Shown piece by piece: positions 39,866 to 53,640 of a stretch of DNA of 64,000 bases. The first letter of the stretch is position 1; every line of letters begins with the position of its first letter. A program made the position numbers and the translations under genes. Location of the stretch: contig CM119268.1 of the NCBI GenBank assembly GCA_051294375.1, positions 14,873,897 to 14,937,896 on the forward strand, given 5' to 3'. The notes beneath the pieces are model-generated. The model was not told the DNA's origin and did no database searches. It saw only the letters and a program-made list of their open reading frames with translations. Source of the DNA: Paraspadella gotoi (taxonomy: Eukaryota > Animalia > Chaetognatha).

Positions 39866-40508
39866 CTCTCTCTTCTCTCTCTCTCTCTCTCTTCTCTCCC
39901 GCGCCCTTTCATCGGTATAACGGAATATGACGGGACTCCGCGCCGGTTCTCTCGCCCGGGCGTTCGTCGTTTCGCTCATTTGATTCTCCTTTCGAGTTTC
40001 CATTTCTGAGAAAAGGAAAAAGCGATTCGCGTCAAATTTACTGATATTGGGTTCGCTCGTCGGCGGATATTTATGGTGAGGGAGGAGGAGGAGAGAGGAG
40101 GGGGAGGAGGATGAAGAGGGGGAAGGAAAAACGAGGAGGGGGGAAAGCGGTGCGAAAAATGTTGAATATTTTAAGAAAATTTAAACGAGAAAAAAAAAGG
40201 TTCTTTTACAAGTTGTTATATATACGTATAAATAAGTCTAAATTGTCTAATTACATAATAATTAAAATAACAAGAAGTAAAATGAATTTAGATTATCATT
40301 TTTTTCAAAACAGAGTAATTAGAAGCAATAAATTTTCTTAAAATATTAAATATTTATAGAATTATAATATTTCGGCGCGTCGTTGGAATCCGGTAAAAAA
40401 ATTGGCGAAGGATATGAAAAAATATAAATCAAAGTTGTATCCATGTTGGACGGACAACCGTTTAGAAGCTCTTACGATCCACTTTGCCGGAAGAAAACGA
40501 CTCAAAAA

Positions 40509-40582
<74 letters not shown>
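40509..40582. repeat. (GAC)n microsatellite
   Basis: Pure run; the complementary (GTC)n lies at about 34615-34697. Confidence 0.97.
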
Positions 40583-41345
40583 AGCTGATGATTTATGACA
40601 TCCGAGGAGAGGAAATGAATTAATAAAGACGTCAACAAGGATCTCGATGGCGTCGACCCTTAAATCCAAGATTTTGATGAGTGTTTTTCAGAGTATAAAG
40701 GTTTTTGAAACGAGGATTTGCCAGGATTATGAAAAAACGAAGAGTTTGAAAGTTAAGTTGAAATATTAATTTTTAAAAATTGAGTTCTAAGGGGGGAAAA
40801 ATGAAAATCTAAGCGTTTTAATGATTTTAAACTTATAGACATAATAGTTTTCATTTTTATTGACGTTTAAAATTTTTCTAACTTTATGTATTTTTTAAAA
40901 GAATTTTCAAGACCAAAGAAATCCGGAATGGGTAACATTTAAAAGAGAGATCATTTTTATAGATTATTCTTCCGCCTCAACTGATCCCATGGATGAAAAA
41001 AAAAACCATAATTTAAAAAACGATGAATTTTTTTTTCTCGGGACGCGCGTTTTTTTAAAAACTCAGTTACTCCGCTCAAATGTTTTGGAAGAAAAAGACG
41101 TTAAAAGTCTCGACGAGCGAACGAAGGGAAAAAAAAAAGCTCAAACAACCCATCAATTTACGTCGAGGAGGTTCTCAACGAAAAAATATGGTCAGGTTTC
41201 ACTGAGCGGTGATTCTCTAAGAATTCCCAGTGATAATGTGAGCCGAGGGTGATTCATTGGTGATTCTACGGTTGGCAGCCGTTCTGAGTGTTCAACCGCC
41301 TTCGGTGAGACAAAGCCCTCCAGCGGAAAGAGGAATGAACTTTTT

Positions 41346-41427
<82 letters not shown>

Positions 41428-41538
41428 TTCATTCAACCTCCCGCAAAATGGATGAAAAAATGGCGTGAGAAATGGAAAACCGAAGAAAAACGAGTCTCAC
41501 TTTCATTATATGAACTGCTTGAAGGGATTATGATGATG

Positions 41539-41580
<42 letters not shown>

Positions 41581-42901
41581 TTAAGCCTTCTCAAAGAAAT
41601 TCTTTCTAGAGGACGATGGCAGATGTGAGGATCGACGTTGTTACTTTGATTGAATAAGACGGCGCGTCGGCAAGAGGCCTCCTCGGACCCGATTTCAATT
41701 ACAACCGGATTCTCAAAAAGTTAAACATTGTTTTTCACTATTGCTGGTCCTCATTTATAATACGGCTCTACCGGACCACGCGCAATCTGTCGAGTGCAAG
41801 ATTTGCATAGAGATTTCGGAGTTATGGTCTGCTTACATTGCTTACAACTATTCTCAGATCAAGTGCGTACGAATCAAGAACAGATACAACTAATTGAATG
41901 CAGATCTTAGTCTATCTTCAGCACGAAAATCAATTTTAAGCCGCTTCTACGAAGTGAATCAAAATATTTTTAAGAAAATGTATGATTTAAACCTCATCTT
42001 CTCTCCTTTTTTAACAATTATCTCAACATAAAGGAAATGTTTTCAATCACTCATCTCATTCAATTTTTTTAAAACTTTTAACATTAATTTCTTTTTTATA
42101 AATATGAGTATTGAAGCTTCATTTATCAAGTTGTTTATAATTCGGTTCTTCTCCGAATAATTGTGTTCATTTTTTTAATTCAGTAAATCACATTTGCTTT
42201 GCTCCGTCGGTATTTGATTTTGGTTTGTATGAAATAATCGGCGATAGTAATTTTATATCCTTTCTCATTCGTCGTCGTCGTCGTCGCCTTCATCGACGTG
42301 ACAAATCATTGAGACGATTTAAATCCAATTTCTCTTCCTGCCGACGATTCACTATTTCCGGAACCACCCTCCCCTTGTTCCCGCCGCCCCTCTCTCTCTC
42401 TCACTCACTCACCCTCCCTCCTCTTTCTCTTCTTTTACTTTCCTTTCTTCCCTTTCCCTTCCCGCCTTTCTTTTTTTCCTGCATTCAACGTCAGAAGATC
42501 TAAGGAAGACATGTTACCTCCTATGGTGGATTTGTAAACCGATCATCGAACAGATTTTTCAAAAACGTCTTTGTTCAAAAATCTCTCGATTCTCGTGAAG
42601 ATTGAAGATTGAATTCCTCTTCACCGGTTTGTATCTCGTTAAGAGATCCGCGGTCTTTGTTTATAAGTAATATCAAAATCTTGATATGTTTATCGCATTT
42701 TTTTCACTATAGATTAGACGCGATATCAAAAAAACTGTATAATTCACGCGATGTGGTGGTCTGTTCAATATATTTTGTTATTTCGTGTTTTGTATCCTTC
42801 GGTGTTTATGATTTTGTTTTATAAGTTTGTCAGTTGTAATCGTGTCTTCCTCTTTGTTTTCGTTTGGTCAACTCACATTCGCTTTCATTTCTCTCTTACA
42901 G

Positions 42902-42941
42902 GCAACGCAAGATGCACCGTCTGAGATCGGAGCGCCTCTAG
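42902..42941 (+). CDS. Candidate terminal exon of the Frizzled-CRD protein (short basic tail)
   Basis: Strong acceptor tttcatttctctcttacag; the phase-2 join gives ...QKQMQRKMHRLRSERL*. Other phase-2 candidates exist at 42495-42537 and 44192-44282. Confidence 0.4.
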
Positions 42942-43899
42942 CGAATCCAATTTTAAGATTAAAAAAAAAGGAACATCGCGGAAGACATAAAGAAGGCCGC
43001 TCTCGAGCCGGATGCTCACATGACTGGAGATTCGATTTTTTAAACAAATATTTGAAAAGAGAACAATGATTAAAGATCGAATGGAACAATTGATTTTTTT
43101 TTCTGATAAATATTTTTCGCATTATGTTTCGCAATCGATTCGCACATATCCGATTTCGCACTAAACATATCTCATTCCATCGAACCTCATTCCTATTTAC
43201 TAATTGATTATCAATACCTCAAATTCCTTTGCTTTATTTGTAAATATTGTAAATAACCGAGTCAATTTATTTCATTATGGTCAGCATGCAATACCCCATC
43301 TCTTTGTTTTAGTGTGCGAATGTGTTAAGTTATAACATTTTTCTGTGTAGTTCTTTATTTCTTACGTTTACTTTTCACTGTTTAATTTTTTGCTTGAATC
43401 CAAATAAATGAATATCGTCTTATCGTTGGTTCAATTTTTTTATAGTTGAGTAAATTAAAACATGTCCCAGTATGATATATACATATAAATTGATAAATTG
43501 TAATGTAATGTAATGTAATGTAAGAAGATAAAAAAAACTTTGAAACTCATTCAATTTCAAATTTTAATCAATTTCAAAGACATATATTTAGAGTTAAATT
43601 AATAAATTTGAAATACCGAAACCTTTTCTATAAGTCAAATTGAATTCCATGGCGGTCACTCAAACACATCATACTAACATACATTCGCAAAAAAAGATTT
43701 AGAGAAAAAGACGCACAAAACCACGCCTTTTGTTCGTGTTAACTTCTGTATGGTTAAAAAATATTTCCGATAGATGACGAAAACAACAGAGGAAAGGCAA
43801 GACAAGAAACAAAATGAATTTCGGGCTGTTACTCTTACAAAAAAAATAATATTTTTTTTGTTCATTTTGTTACAAATGCGTACAGTAAGTAAAACTTAC

Positions 43900-43970
43900 C
43901 CAATCCGGGAACGATGTTAAGAATCGCCAATATCACTGCGATAGGAATGGGTAACACGGGAAGTGCTTTT
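43900..43970 (-). CDS. stum: stum/SPEC3-family protein, second coding exon
   Basis: Acceptor ttcgcttcag, donor G|GTAAGT; 71 nt, phase 2 to 1. The join gives FRKALPVLPIPIAVILAILNIVPGLG, versus recalled STUM [27 protein letters not shown]. Confidence 0.82.
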
Positions 43971-45007
43971 CTGAAGCGAAAAAATGAGTATACGTAATGT
44001 TGTATTATACGTTGATAATTTATCACAAACACATTCTTAACAGCCTCAGCACCCAGTCCCGTCATATTTTCGTATTTCCGGAAAAATAAAAAAGAAAAGT
44101 GATGAATGCAGAAACCCCCCCCCAAAAAAAAAAAATAGTGGCCTTCGGCTCTTGTCGAGATTTGACGGCTCACTTCTGCTTTTCATCACAGCTGGATGGT
44201 GATTTCTCAAACCAATACAAGATACTTCTGCTGCTGCAGCGGCTTTCCGCTCCAGCGCCCCTGCAACCGGAAAGCCCTTTAGATAGAACTTTATGAGCTT
44301 CGTTCATCCAGAGCGAAGTTTAAGTACGAATAAAAGTCGTTTTGTCGAGAAAATATCATGAATCTCAAAGAGAAAATAGCAAGGCCATTCGATTCGCGAT
44401 TTAGAGATAAAATCAAGGGACTGTCGGTTTTTTTTTTTTGTTTTTTTTTTGTTTCATTATCGAAAAAATCAATTTCGTTTATTATAAAACGATGAAAACT
44501 GAATAATCATTCAAATATCACTCTTTGCGATCACTCTTTTTTTTGGGGGGGGGTTTGTTTTTTTTGGGGGGGGGTTTGTTCTTCAAACTTCTCAATTTTT
44601 TCATGAACTGTTCCGAATTGACTCCGCTTGCTGTCGAAGCTCAAATTCTTCGAGATAGCGTTGGATTTCTCGCTCAGATGGTGATTAGTTATTCTCCCAT
44701 TTAAGAAAAGATTTACAAACTAACCGTAAATTACGTAATGCGTACGACTATTTAAAATTTATTAATTTAATAATTAAACGGAATTAGTAGCGGTTGAGCT
44801 TTTACGGTTGAGCGAAATTTTAGCATAAAAAGAGAAAGATCTTTAAAAGTCTTCGATTTTATTTGAAACAAACGTTCGTTATGCTTGCAAAGAGTCAATC
44901 AATTCAGTTTATAACGAAACGATAACTATTCCACTCCTACCCTTCCTTCTCATACCCACCACCTCCTTTCAAAAAAAAAACCACCCACCCGCCGCCTAAA
45001 CGCCCAC

Positions 45008-45114
45008 CTGAATATCCCCGGCTTCTCGTCCACCTCGAGAATTTCGCCCCCCGCCTCCGTGATCGCCGCCGCCTCCCGCGACGTGTAGACGCGACCCGTC
45101 TCCGCCTTGGACAT
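45008..45114 (-). CDS. stum: stum/SPEC3-family small membrane protein, first recognisable coding exon
   Basis: MSKAETGRVYTSREAAAITEAGGEILEVDEKPGIF plus AG|GT donor (phase 2). EILEVDEKPGIFR resembles recalled vertebrate STUM VVQVREKKGPLR. Confidence 0.7.
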
Positions 45115-45646
45115 CGCGACGCCGGCGACGACGACGACGAAGACGATCGGTGACGTCACGCGCGCGTGTGGAGACGCGCGGTCGTGGAGTGGGAGAGAGG
45201 GAAAGAAAGAGAAAGATTCTGTCCCCGTAGGAAAAAAAGAAAAGGGGGAGGAAGTGGCTCACGATATAAACCTGTGGAAAAAGTGAAAAAAAAAGAATTT
45301 GACAATATAAGTTTGAAAAATTAAATCGGTAATTAGAATTAACTAAAATTTAAAAATTTATGTTGTTGACAACGCATCTATGAGAGGTTATTGTTATTTT
45401 TATTGTTATTTATTATTGTTGATTCTAGTTTTATTCAATTCTAATTCGCTCTTTCCCGTTTGAGCGCTCCATCACTCTCTTCTTATATTAATTTATGTAT
45501 TTATATTGCCCTCGTATGCGCTGTCAAAGTATTTCATCACTTTGAAACNNNNNNNNNNNNNNNNNNNNNNNNNAGAGAGAGATTACCTAACCTCAATACC
45601 CACCCCCTCCTTTCAAAAAAAAACCACCCACCCCGCCTAAACGCAC

Positions 45647-45754
45647 CTGAATATCCCCGGCTTCTCGTCCACCTCGAGAATTTCGCCCCCGCCCTCCGTG
45701 ATCGCCGCCGCCTCCCGCGACGTGTAGACGCGACCCCGTCTCCGCCTTGGACAT
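45647..45754 (-). pseudogene. Duplicate of stum exon 1 with a net +1 frameshift (probably an assembly duplicate)
   Basis: Near-identical to 45008-45114, 108 vs 107 nt; lies across a 25-N gap from the intact copy. Confidence 0.7.
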
Positions 45755-46281
45755 CGCGACGCCGGCGACGACGACGACGACGAGACGAATCGGTGACGTC
45801 ACGCGCGCGTGTGGAGACGCGCGGTCGTGGAGTGGGAGAGAGGGAAAGAAAGAGAAAGAAAGATTCTGTCCCCGTAGGAAAAAAAGAAAAGGGGGAGGAA
45901 GTGGCTCACGATATAAACCTGTGGAAAAAGTGAAAAAAAAGAATTTGACAATATAAGTTTGAAAAATTAAATCGGTAATTAGAATTAACTAAAATTTAAA
46001 AAATTTATGTTGTTGACAACGCATCATGAGAGTTATTGTTATTTTTATTGTTATTTAATTTTGTTGATTCTAGTTTTTATTCAAATTTGATTCGCTCTTT
46101 CCTTTTGACGCTCCATCACTCTCTTCTTATATTAATTTATGTATTTATATTGCCCTCGTATGCGCTGTCAAAGTATTTCATCGCTTTGAAACGTATCGGC
46201 TATGTTTACGTAAATTTTTAATAAATATGGAACAGTCGACTAAATTTCGAGATAAGTAAAAACGTTCTAAAGTTAACTTAC

Positions 46282-46372
46282 TTGCTTTCGATTTCACGAC
46301 CTCATGGTGAAAATCTATGGAAACAGCATTTCCAGTAAAATCTTTAAAGAACCCCGCAGTGGGGCCTCCGCT
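46282..46372 (-). other. Candidate upstream exon on the stum strand (UTR or N-terminal extension)
   Basis: Strong acceptor ttttccag and donor A|GTAAGT; only phase 0 is open (SGGPTAGFFKDFTGNAVSIDFHHEVVKSKA). No homology recognised. Confidence 0.35.
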
Positions 46373-47372
46373 CTGGAAAACAAATGTAAATGAAATGGAA
46401 ATAGAATGGAATTTAAGTGTAAAAACGAAAAAGAGACTTGGCAATGAAAATATGAGCTGTCAAGAGAAACGGGTTAAGAAAAGTTATGAAGTCGTAAAAA
46501 AGGGAAACAACGATTTTCGTTTAAATTCGGCGTCAAAAAAAAATTTGTTCTCAGTTCGACGTATTTTTTTGTTCGTTCAGTCAATTCCAGCGCATTACTT
46601 TAAAGAAAAACGATTAAAAAAGGATGAGATAATACTATTAAGTAATAGTTATTTTGAAAATAATAATACTATTAATTGTGTTATTTTGGAAAAAAAGTTT
46701 AAAGAATTAAAGATAAAACGAAATAGAAAATTAATTAATAATTAATAATTATAATTACCAAAAGTTAATGCTTTACCCCTTGAAACTCGCAAACTGATTG
46801 CTCAGAAAGAAAGGAGGGGATGAAGAACTTTGCTTAAAAACGAAAAAAAGATGATCGAGGATGAAAAGTTAAAAAAATAAAAAAATGAGCTGATTTAAGA
46901 ATTGAATTAGCGTTCTCAAGTTGCGGCTTAACTTTAGACAATGATCTAAAGAAAGATTTAGTGCTTAATACCATAGGGCGGGACCGAATATAAGCATTAA
47001 GCAACCAACCGCGAAGTGTAACGTAAAGTTAGATAATCAGAAAGCAGAATGGAAAACAGGCAGATGACTTTAGATTATATGATAAAATTTAACGACAAAA
47101 AAAAAACAAAAAAAAAACAAACGAGAAACTAGAAAAAATAACAAAACAGGGAAAAGTGTACGAAGGAGTCAGAAAATTGGCATATAAAATAATAAATTGA
47201 ATGAGGATGGCATCGTCAATAGCAAAATCCTTGTTATTTAAATTACCAACTAAATTTTTGATCTCATTTTCTTTTGGGTTTTGATTTCAACATCATTTCA
47301 GTTTTCACTGGTTTTGAACAAAGACGCAACGAAAAAAACCCCGAAATAAGAGTTGAAAGCAATTCATTATCC

Positions 47373-47494
<122 letters not shown>

Positions 47495-47642
47495 AGGCAA
47501 GCTGAGAAATAATCCAGAAAATAAGGAAATTGAAAATGGGCGAAGCTTCGCTTCAGAAAAAAGTCCGAAGCGCGATCGAAACACCATGACTCGGATGATG
47601 ATGATGATGACTCGGATGATGATGATGATAATGATGATGATA

Positions 47643-47675
<33 letters not shown>

Positions 47676-47812
47676 TTGCGGCGGATGAATGCAGATTTTA
47701 AAAGAATTTTTTTAGATGAAGAATTAGTTAAGCGGTGATAAGGGCGAGTGCGATGCAGACAGTTACTCAAAGTTAGGTGTTTACTTTCGTCTTATTAAAT
47801 GCGCGAAAAAAA

Positions 47813-47895
<83 letters not shown>

Positions 47896-48292
47896 CTCAA
47901 CCCCCTTCTCCCTCTGTTCCCTCTAGAGTTTCGCGTTTCTATTTTCGTGATTCTCTGGTTGGAAAAAAATCCAGGGGCGGAGGCCGCAAAATTTCAAGTG
48001 AGTCAAACTCAACCTAATCCAACGCGGAAATTTCGTTTTTATTTGATTTTTTTTTTTTTTTCGAATCGGAGAAATGAGTTGAGGACAAGTTGAACAGAAG
48101 AATATCATCGGTTTTATCCTTTTGCTATATGTTTATGCTTTACTTGTAGAATCTATGTTGAATTTCAGGCCAGACAAGCCAGTTTTAATAAACTATTACA
48201 TTTTGAAAATTGTGAATAGGTTTAAACTGAAAACTTCTTATCGAAAAATAGTTCTTACTTCTGTTCTCTCTCTCTCTTTCTGTCTCTCTCTA

Positions 48293-48325
<33 letters not shown>

Positions 48326-50076
48326 GACCCGCTCTGCTTATCATTAAAACGATCAAAAAAAGTTTTCACCCCTTACAACATTTCTTTAAACCCCTTTTTT
48401 GCTTTTAAAATCCATTATTTTTGGGCTGTTAGAATTTTAAACCGATTTCCCTTCTTTCTGAAAGATTTCTAAGTTTTGTAATTTTTTACAGTATTACATG
48501 GATATTTTTTATTTCAAAGATTATTCTCTTTTCTCTTCTCTCTCTCTCTCTCTCTCACTCTCTCTCTCTCTTTCTCGGCTCTCATTTCCCTCCACGAAAA
48601 AACATGAATGAGAATAGATTTTCGATTATCCCTTAATTTTCCGATGGATCGCGCCAGACAAGAATAGACGAGATTGAAATTGATGTCAGTGGAACCAAGA
48701 GCTCGGCGGTATCGACGTGACAAAAGTTACAAAAGGGAACCCGACATTTGTCTCTACTGCCAGGAATTGACTAATCTTTGAAATTTTCAAATTTTCAAAT
48801 GTGAAATTTTTTAAATTTTCTCTAGAAACTTTTTGTCATTATCTAGGTAAAAAAATAACGGTAACTTTACAGTGGATAAGCTATTGGTACAATCCCTATT
48901 TTATTTATAAGATATTAATAACTTAGCCGGACTTTCAATCAATACTCTCTCGCTCTCCGGTTTCATTATCATTGAAGTGGTATGATATTTTTCAGTTTCA
49001 ATTGCAAAAAAGGACCACTCCTGTCAGGAAAAAAACCTAAACCACCCAGCTCCGAATACAAATAATGACCTTCAGAGCAGGTGATATTGCCTCACAAGAT
49101 TGTTGACCAATGAACATTTGAACATTGATTATAGAATTTGTCACTCTGTCCAATTCTTCACTTTTATCGAAAGATTTTTCCTCGCAATCGTCCAAAGTGA
49201 TTGGCTCAGTTCGCCTCGTTGGAGTTCACGTAGTTGTTTCCATCGAAGAGCTCGATAAACAAACGGGGACTCGAGATGACTTATTGAAAAAACTCGACGA
49301 TTTGTCCTTTTCGGAGAAAAAACACCGAGGATGGTGAGACGAAAAACGAAGCAAGTGGGAAGTTGACGGGATCGCGAAATAGTTTTAAAAAAGAGTTAAA
49401 TAAAACTTGGAGCGGTTCAAACTAAAGATAAATCCTTCAGCCAATAGAATAACATCTGGTCTTTCCGGGTAAAAAGGCAATTTCACTCGCGAAATTACAT
49501 TATGACTCGACAAATAAATCGCAAATTGACATTTTGACGCAGCAGCTGTCAACGTTTACTCTGTCAAGGTATTGATTGAAAAATATCACAGAAAACCTCC
49601 CCTTTTTAAAGATCACAAAATATTGTTCAATCAGGATTTAATTTATTGCAGATTCCTCTTTCAAAAACTAGAGGTCGAAAAACTCCCAACCTGATTAAAA
49701 TCCGGGTCTCAAGGCCTCGGAATGAAAAGCTGGTCGAAACATCAGGGGCCCTGGTGGGGCCGCAGCGTCCGTATGGAAGCTGTAGGGCCGCGGGGCCGCA
49801 GGAGCGGCCGCGACGACCAACGCGATTCACGTGAGCGTGTGAGCGAATGACCTAGCGTTTCCTCTCGTCCGACTCAATATCCTTTCAAGTCCGAATTCGT
49901 CTCTTTTCTGAGAAATGTCCTCGCATAATCAAAGAAAAACGAGATTCTCTCTATTTCGAGGCGGAAACGCGATCTGCCAGTCACAGACCGTCGCGGCTTA
50001 TGTCTCGTGCCAAATGAGAACACATGCTTATTCCCAATGTTTACACTATTTTATTAAAAGGTCAGGAAACAAGGAC

Positions 50077-50145
<69 letters not shown>

Positions 50146-53100
50146 GTTTCAATTTTTCAAATCTTTGAAAAAAATATAATGGTGTTTCTACAGATTTATA
50201 ATATAATATACTATACACATACTATTTTTAGCGTAAATCTTAATTAAGAATTCTAGATTTCCATCCGTTTTGCCGCTGTAAGTTTAACTCGAAAATCTTT
50301 AACGTTATAAAGATTTCAAATGCAGCTTCTTATTTTCACAACTTTTATCACACATTTTCCTATCATTCTGAAAATTATTCAATTAATCTCCGACTTTCCC
50401 TGTTATGAACAATAATGATAATATTTACTCATGATTTTCATTGGTATACTTAATACTTTTCCAATTTGCAGTGTCCGCAATGCTCCTTAATTGTTGAATT
50501 TTATTTTTTATTTTTAGTGCCATCAGTGCAATTAGTCTTGCTCAATACTCATTTATTGTTTGAATGTCATATTTTCAAATCGTTTTATCTTTTTATCGTC
50601 TTTACTGTCAAATTGTCTCTTTTATTTAAAAAAAAAAAATTCCCTGTCATGCATCACTCTATTTCGTAGTTACTTAACTCGTTTTTCACGTTTTCCCGCT
50701 CACGTTTCGCTCTCACAAACGCTTCCACACTCTTCTTCACAAGACGATTTCACTTTCTCTCATTCACCCCCCGCGTTTTCTCTCTTCGAGTTGGGTTCTC
50801 CTCCCCGACTCATTCCTCAGGTCATCACGACTCGGGGATTCCGGGTTCGAGCAGTAAATCTCCAATGAAAAAAAGGGTGCGAAAAAAAAAATTTAAAAAG
50901 TATGGGGTGGCCTACAAAAGAGTCGGGGACCGTGCTCCTGATGGAAGAAAGTGGGAAATGGTACTTACAATACGAGCGTGAATAAAACATTAAAAATGTC
51001 TGAGACTCAAAACGAGAACTGGCAAGTAAAAGATGTAGCACTTCCGTGCATTTTTATGTGCAGGTGACTACATAAGGAGGAAACATCTTCCTAAAAATCT
51101 TCTTACCTATGGTTTATTACTTATCTATGAAGGATTAACTAAAATAGCCAAGTGGTACGCGAAAAAAACTCAGTATGTCCGCATTTGTAAGTGGTCACGT
51201 GACTACACGAATATGATACATATGCACGATAAACATTTAATAATAAGTCACTTTTTCTGTTAATTATGACATGAATTATGCCATATTTACTTTCTAGTCA
51301 AGAGATCGTATTTTTAAGTGATGGAACCTTGCTTTGAGTTAAAACATTATTCAAAGCNNNNNNNNNNNNNNNNNNNNNNNNNNNNNNNNNNNNNNNNNNN
51401 NNNNNNNNNNNNNNNNNNNNNNNNNNNNNNNNNNNNNNNNNNNNNNNNNNNNNNNNNNNNNNNNNNNNNNNNNNNNNNNNNNNNNNNNNNNNNNNNNNNN
51501 NNNNNNNNNNNNNNNNNNNNNNNNNNNNNNNNNNNNNNNNNNNNNNNNNNNAAGTCACGTTTCGTCCCAGGGAGTAAAAAGACAGTTTCTTTGTTCGAAC
51601 AGTATTAAAAATAAGAAAATGAGTATCAACTATTAAGTGTAAGTGTATTTTATAAAATTTGTCGAACAAGCGAGATAAGGAAATAAAAACATATGAATTA
51701 TACAAAGTATTGATCTTGTTTTGTCAAAAAAAACAGATATATAAAATGACTGAGAATGTCCAACAGCATCTTATAGTTTACCCGTTTTAGTTTTATTCCT
51801 TTCCAACCTCTTCTTAACAATTCCCTTTGTAAACAAATTTGTCAATTCGACGTCTTTTCTTCTATTGTCTCGTCAAAATGTCGCAACTGCGCTGACTTTT
51901 TCTCAATTAGCATCGAAGACAAGACGATTCCTTTCTCAGAAGACGACGACGATGACAACGACGACGATGACGACAAGGCAAGGACGTCGAAAAAGAGAGC
52001 AAAAGCAATTATTCAGTGACGCAAGTTCCAAGTCGAAATGAGTATCGGAGCGCCATGACAACGAAGCCAACGAGTTGAACCTCAAAATAACGCGCTGAGG
52101 TCGCACGTCAGAGGTTCACGCTGAAATTGCGTGCCCAAAGCTTTTCGGGGATACTGTGATTGTACTCTAAATTCGTTCGAATGCAAATAAAGAATCGGGG
52201 TTTTTTTAACCTTGCGTTTTGAGCGAAGTTCGCATAAAACCGCGCGTAAAAGAGAATCACTTGTGGGCAAGGAGAAGGAGGGGAAAAATAAATTGAAGTC
52301 AGTCAATGTTTGTGAGTGGTTCGAGTGATTGTTTGTTGCTGGTTGTTGTTGATTGTTTTCGTGTTTCTTTTATCATACGTACGCTACATTGGACTTCGTC
52401 TCAGTAACACGATGCCGGGCCAAAAAAAAATCCTGATTCTCGGTAAATGAATTTTTTCTTCCCTCTGCCTCAGTCCGAAAGTCGAAGTTTTTTCCGGGTC
52501 GCAGATGATTTAAGGATTTTCCTTTCGTTTTCCTATCGTTTCATTTCTTAATCAATCTTTCTTTTCTTACCGCATCATTACTTCGGTTTGCTCGTTCGTG
52601 TGGAGGATTAAACGGAATAACGCCGAGTGCTCTCACTTTGAATTTTTTTTTTTTTTTTTCAACTAAGTGAAAAAATTATTCCAGCGGGAAATTTCCCTGG
52701 TCATCGTTATTCAATACCAAGCACCGACGAGAGACGAAAAACGAATTAGTAAAACGTGTTGCGTTTTATGGGTTCGTGGTTTGATCGCGAGAAAAAAAAG
52801 AAAGAATAAGGGGAGGAAGTGGGGGGGAAAAACGGTAAAAAGTCAAAGAAAAAAGCAGAAAGAGAGAAAAGAAACGCGAAGAGAGAAAAAAAACGAGGCG
52901 ACAAAAGAAAGGAGAATATTGTGGAAGGAACACAATAACGGAGAGTTGTTTTGCTGAGGAAAGCCTAAAGGCGATCGCCGCGCGCGCGTCAAATCGAAAG
53001 AAAAGAGGTAAAAAAATCTATCTTTTTTCTTTTTAACAAAGGGATCACGGATGGCATTCTCTAGAATAAAAACGAAAATGAAAAGCATAAATCAAAATAT

Positions 53101-53161
53101 TCGAGATTTGTGACGAAGTGCGCGGTGAGAAACGGTGAAAAGTTATCCGCGAAAAAATATT

Positions 53162-53640
53162 NNNNNNNNNNNNNNNNNNNNNNNNNNNNNNNNNNNNNNN
53201 NNNNNNNNNNNNNNNNNNNNNNNNNNNNNNNNNNNNNNNNNNNNNNNNNNNNNNNNNNNNNNNNNNNNNNNNNNNNNNNNNNNNNNNNNNNNNNNNNNNN
53301 NNNNNNNNNNNNNNNNNNNNNNNNNNNNNNNNNNNNNNNNNNNNNNNNNNNNNNNNNNNNNNNNNNNNNNNNNNNNNNNNNNNNNNNNNNNNNNNNNNNN
53401 NNNNNNNNNNNNNNNNNNNNNNNNNNNNNNNNNNNNNNNNNNNNNNNNNNNNNNNNNNNNNNNNNNNNNNNNNNNNNNNNNNNNNNNNNNNNNNNNNNNN
53501 NNNNNNNNNNNNNNNNNNNNNNNNNNNNNNNNNNNNNNNNNNNNNNNNNNNNNNNNNNNNNNNNNNNNNNNNNNNNNNNNNNNNNNNNNNNNNNNNNNNN
53601 NNNNNNNNNNNNNNNNNNNNNNNNNNNNNNNNNNNNNNNN
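53162..53640. other. Assembly gap (largest of ten)
   Basis: Other N-runs: 7813-7822, 8942-8951, 21649-21673, 25323-25332, 33537-33760, 37705-37714, 45549-45573, 51358-51551, 63390-63414. Confidence 1.

Larger units (their letters stand above)
44945..46192. repeat. Tandem duplication of about 600 bp (44945-45548 and about 45590-46192) across a 25-N gap
   Basis: Both copies end in tttgaaac and contain stum exon 1. Confidence 0.95.

Noticed and set aside
41720-41893. Ly6/three-finger or zinc-finger start (LLLVLIYNTALPDHAQSVECKIC; antisense CKQC..CKSC)
   Set aside because: No start codon or good splice sites, and the remaining Cys pattern is absent.
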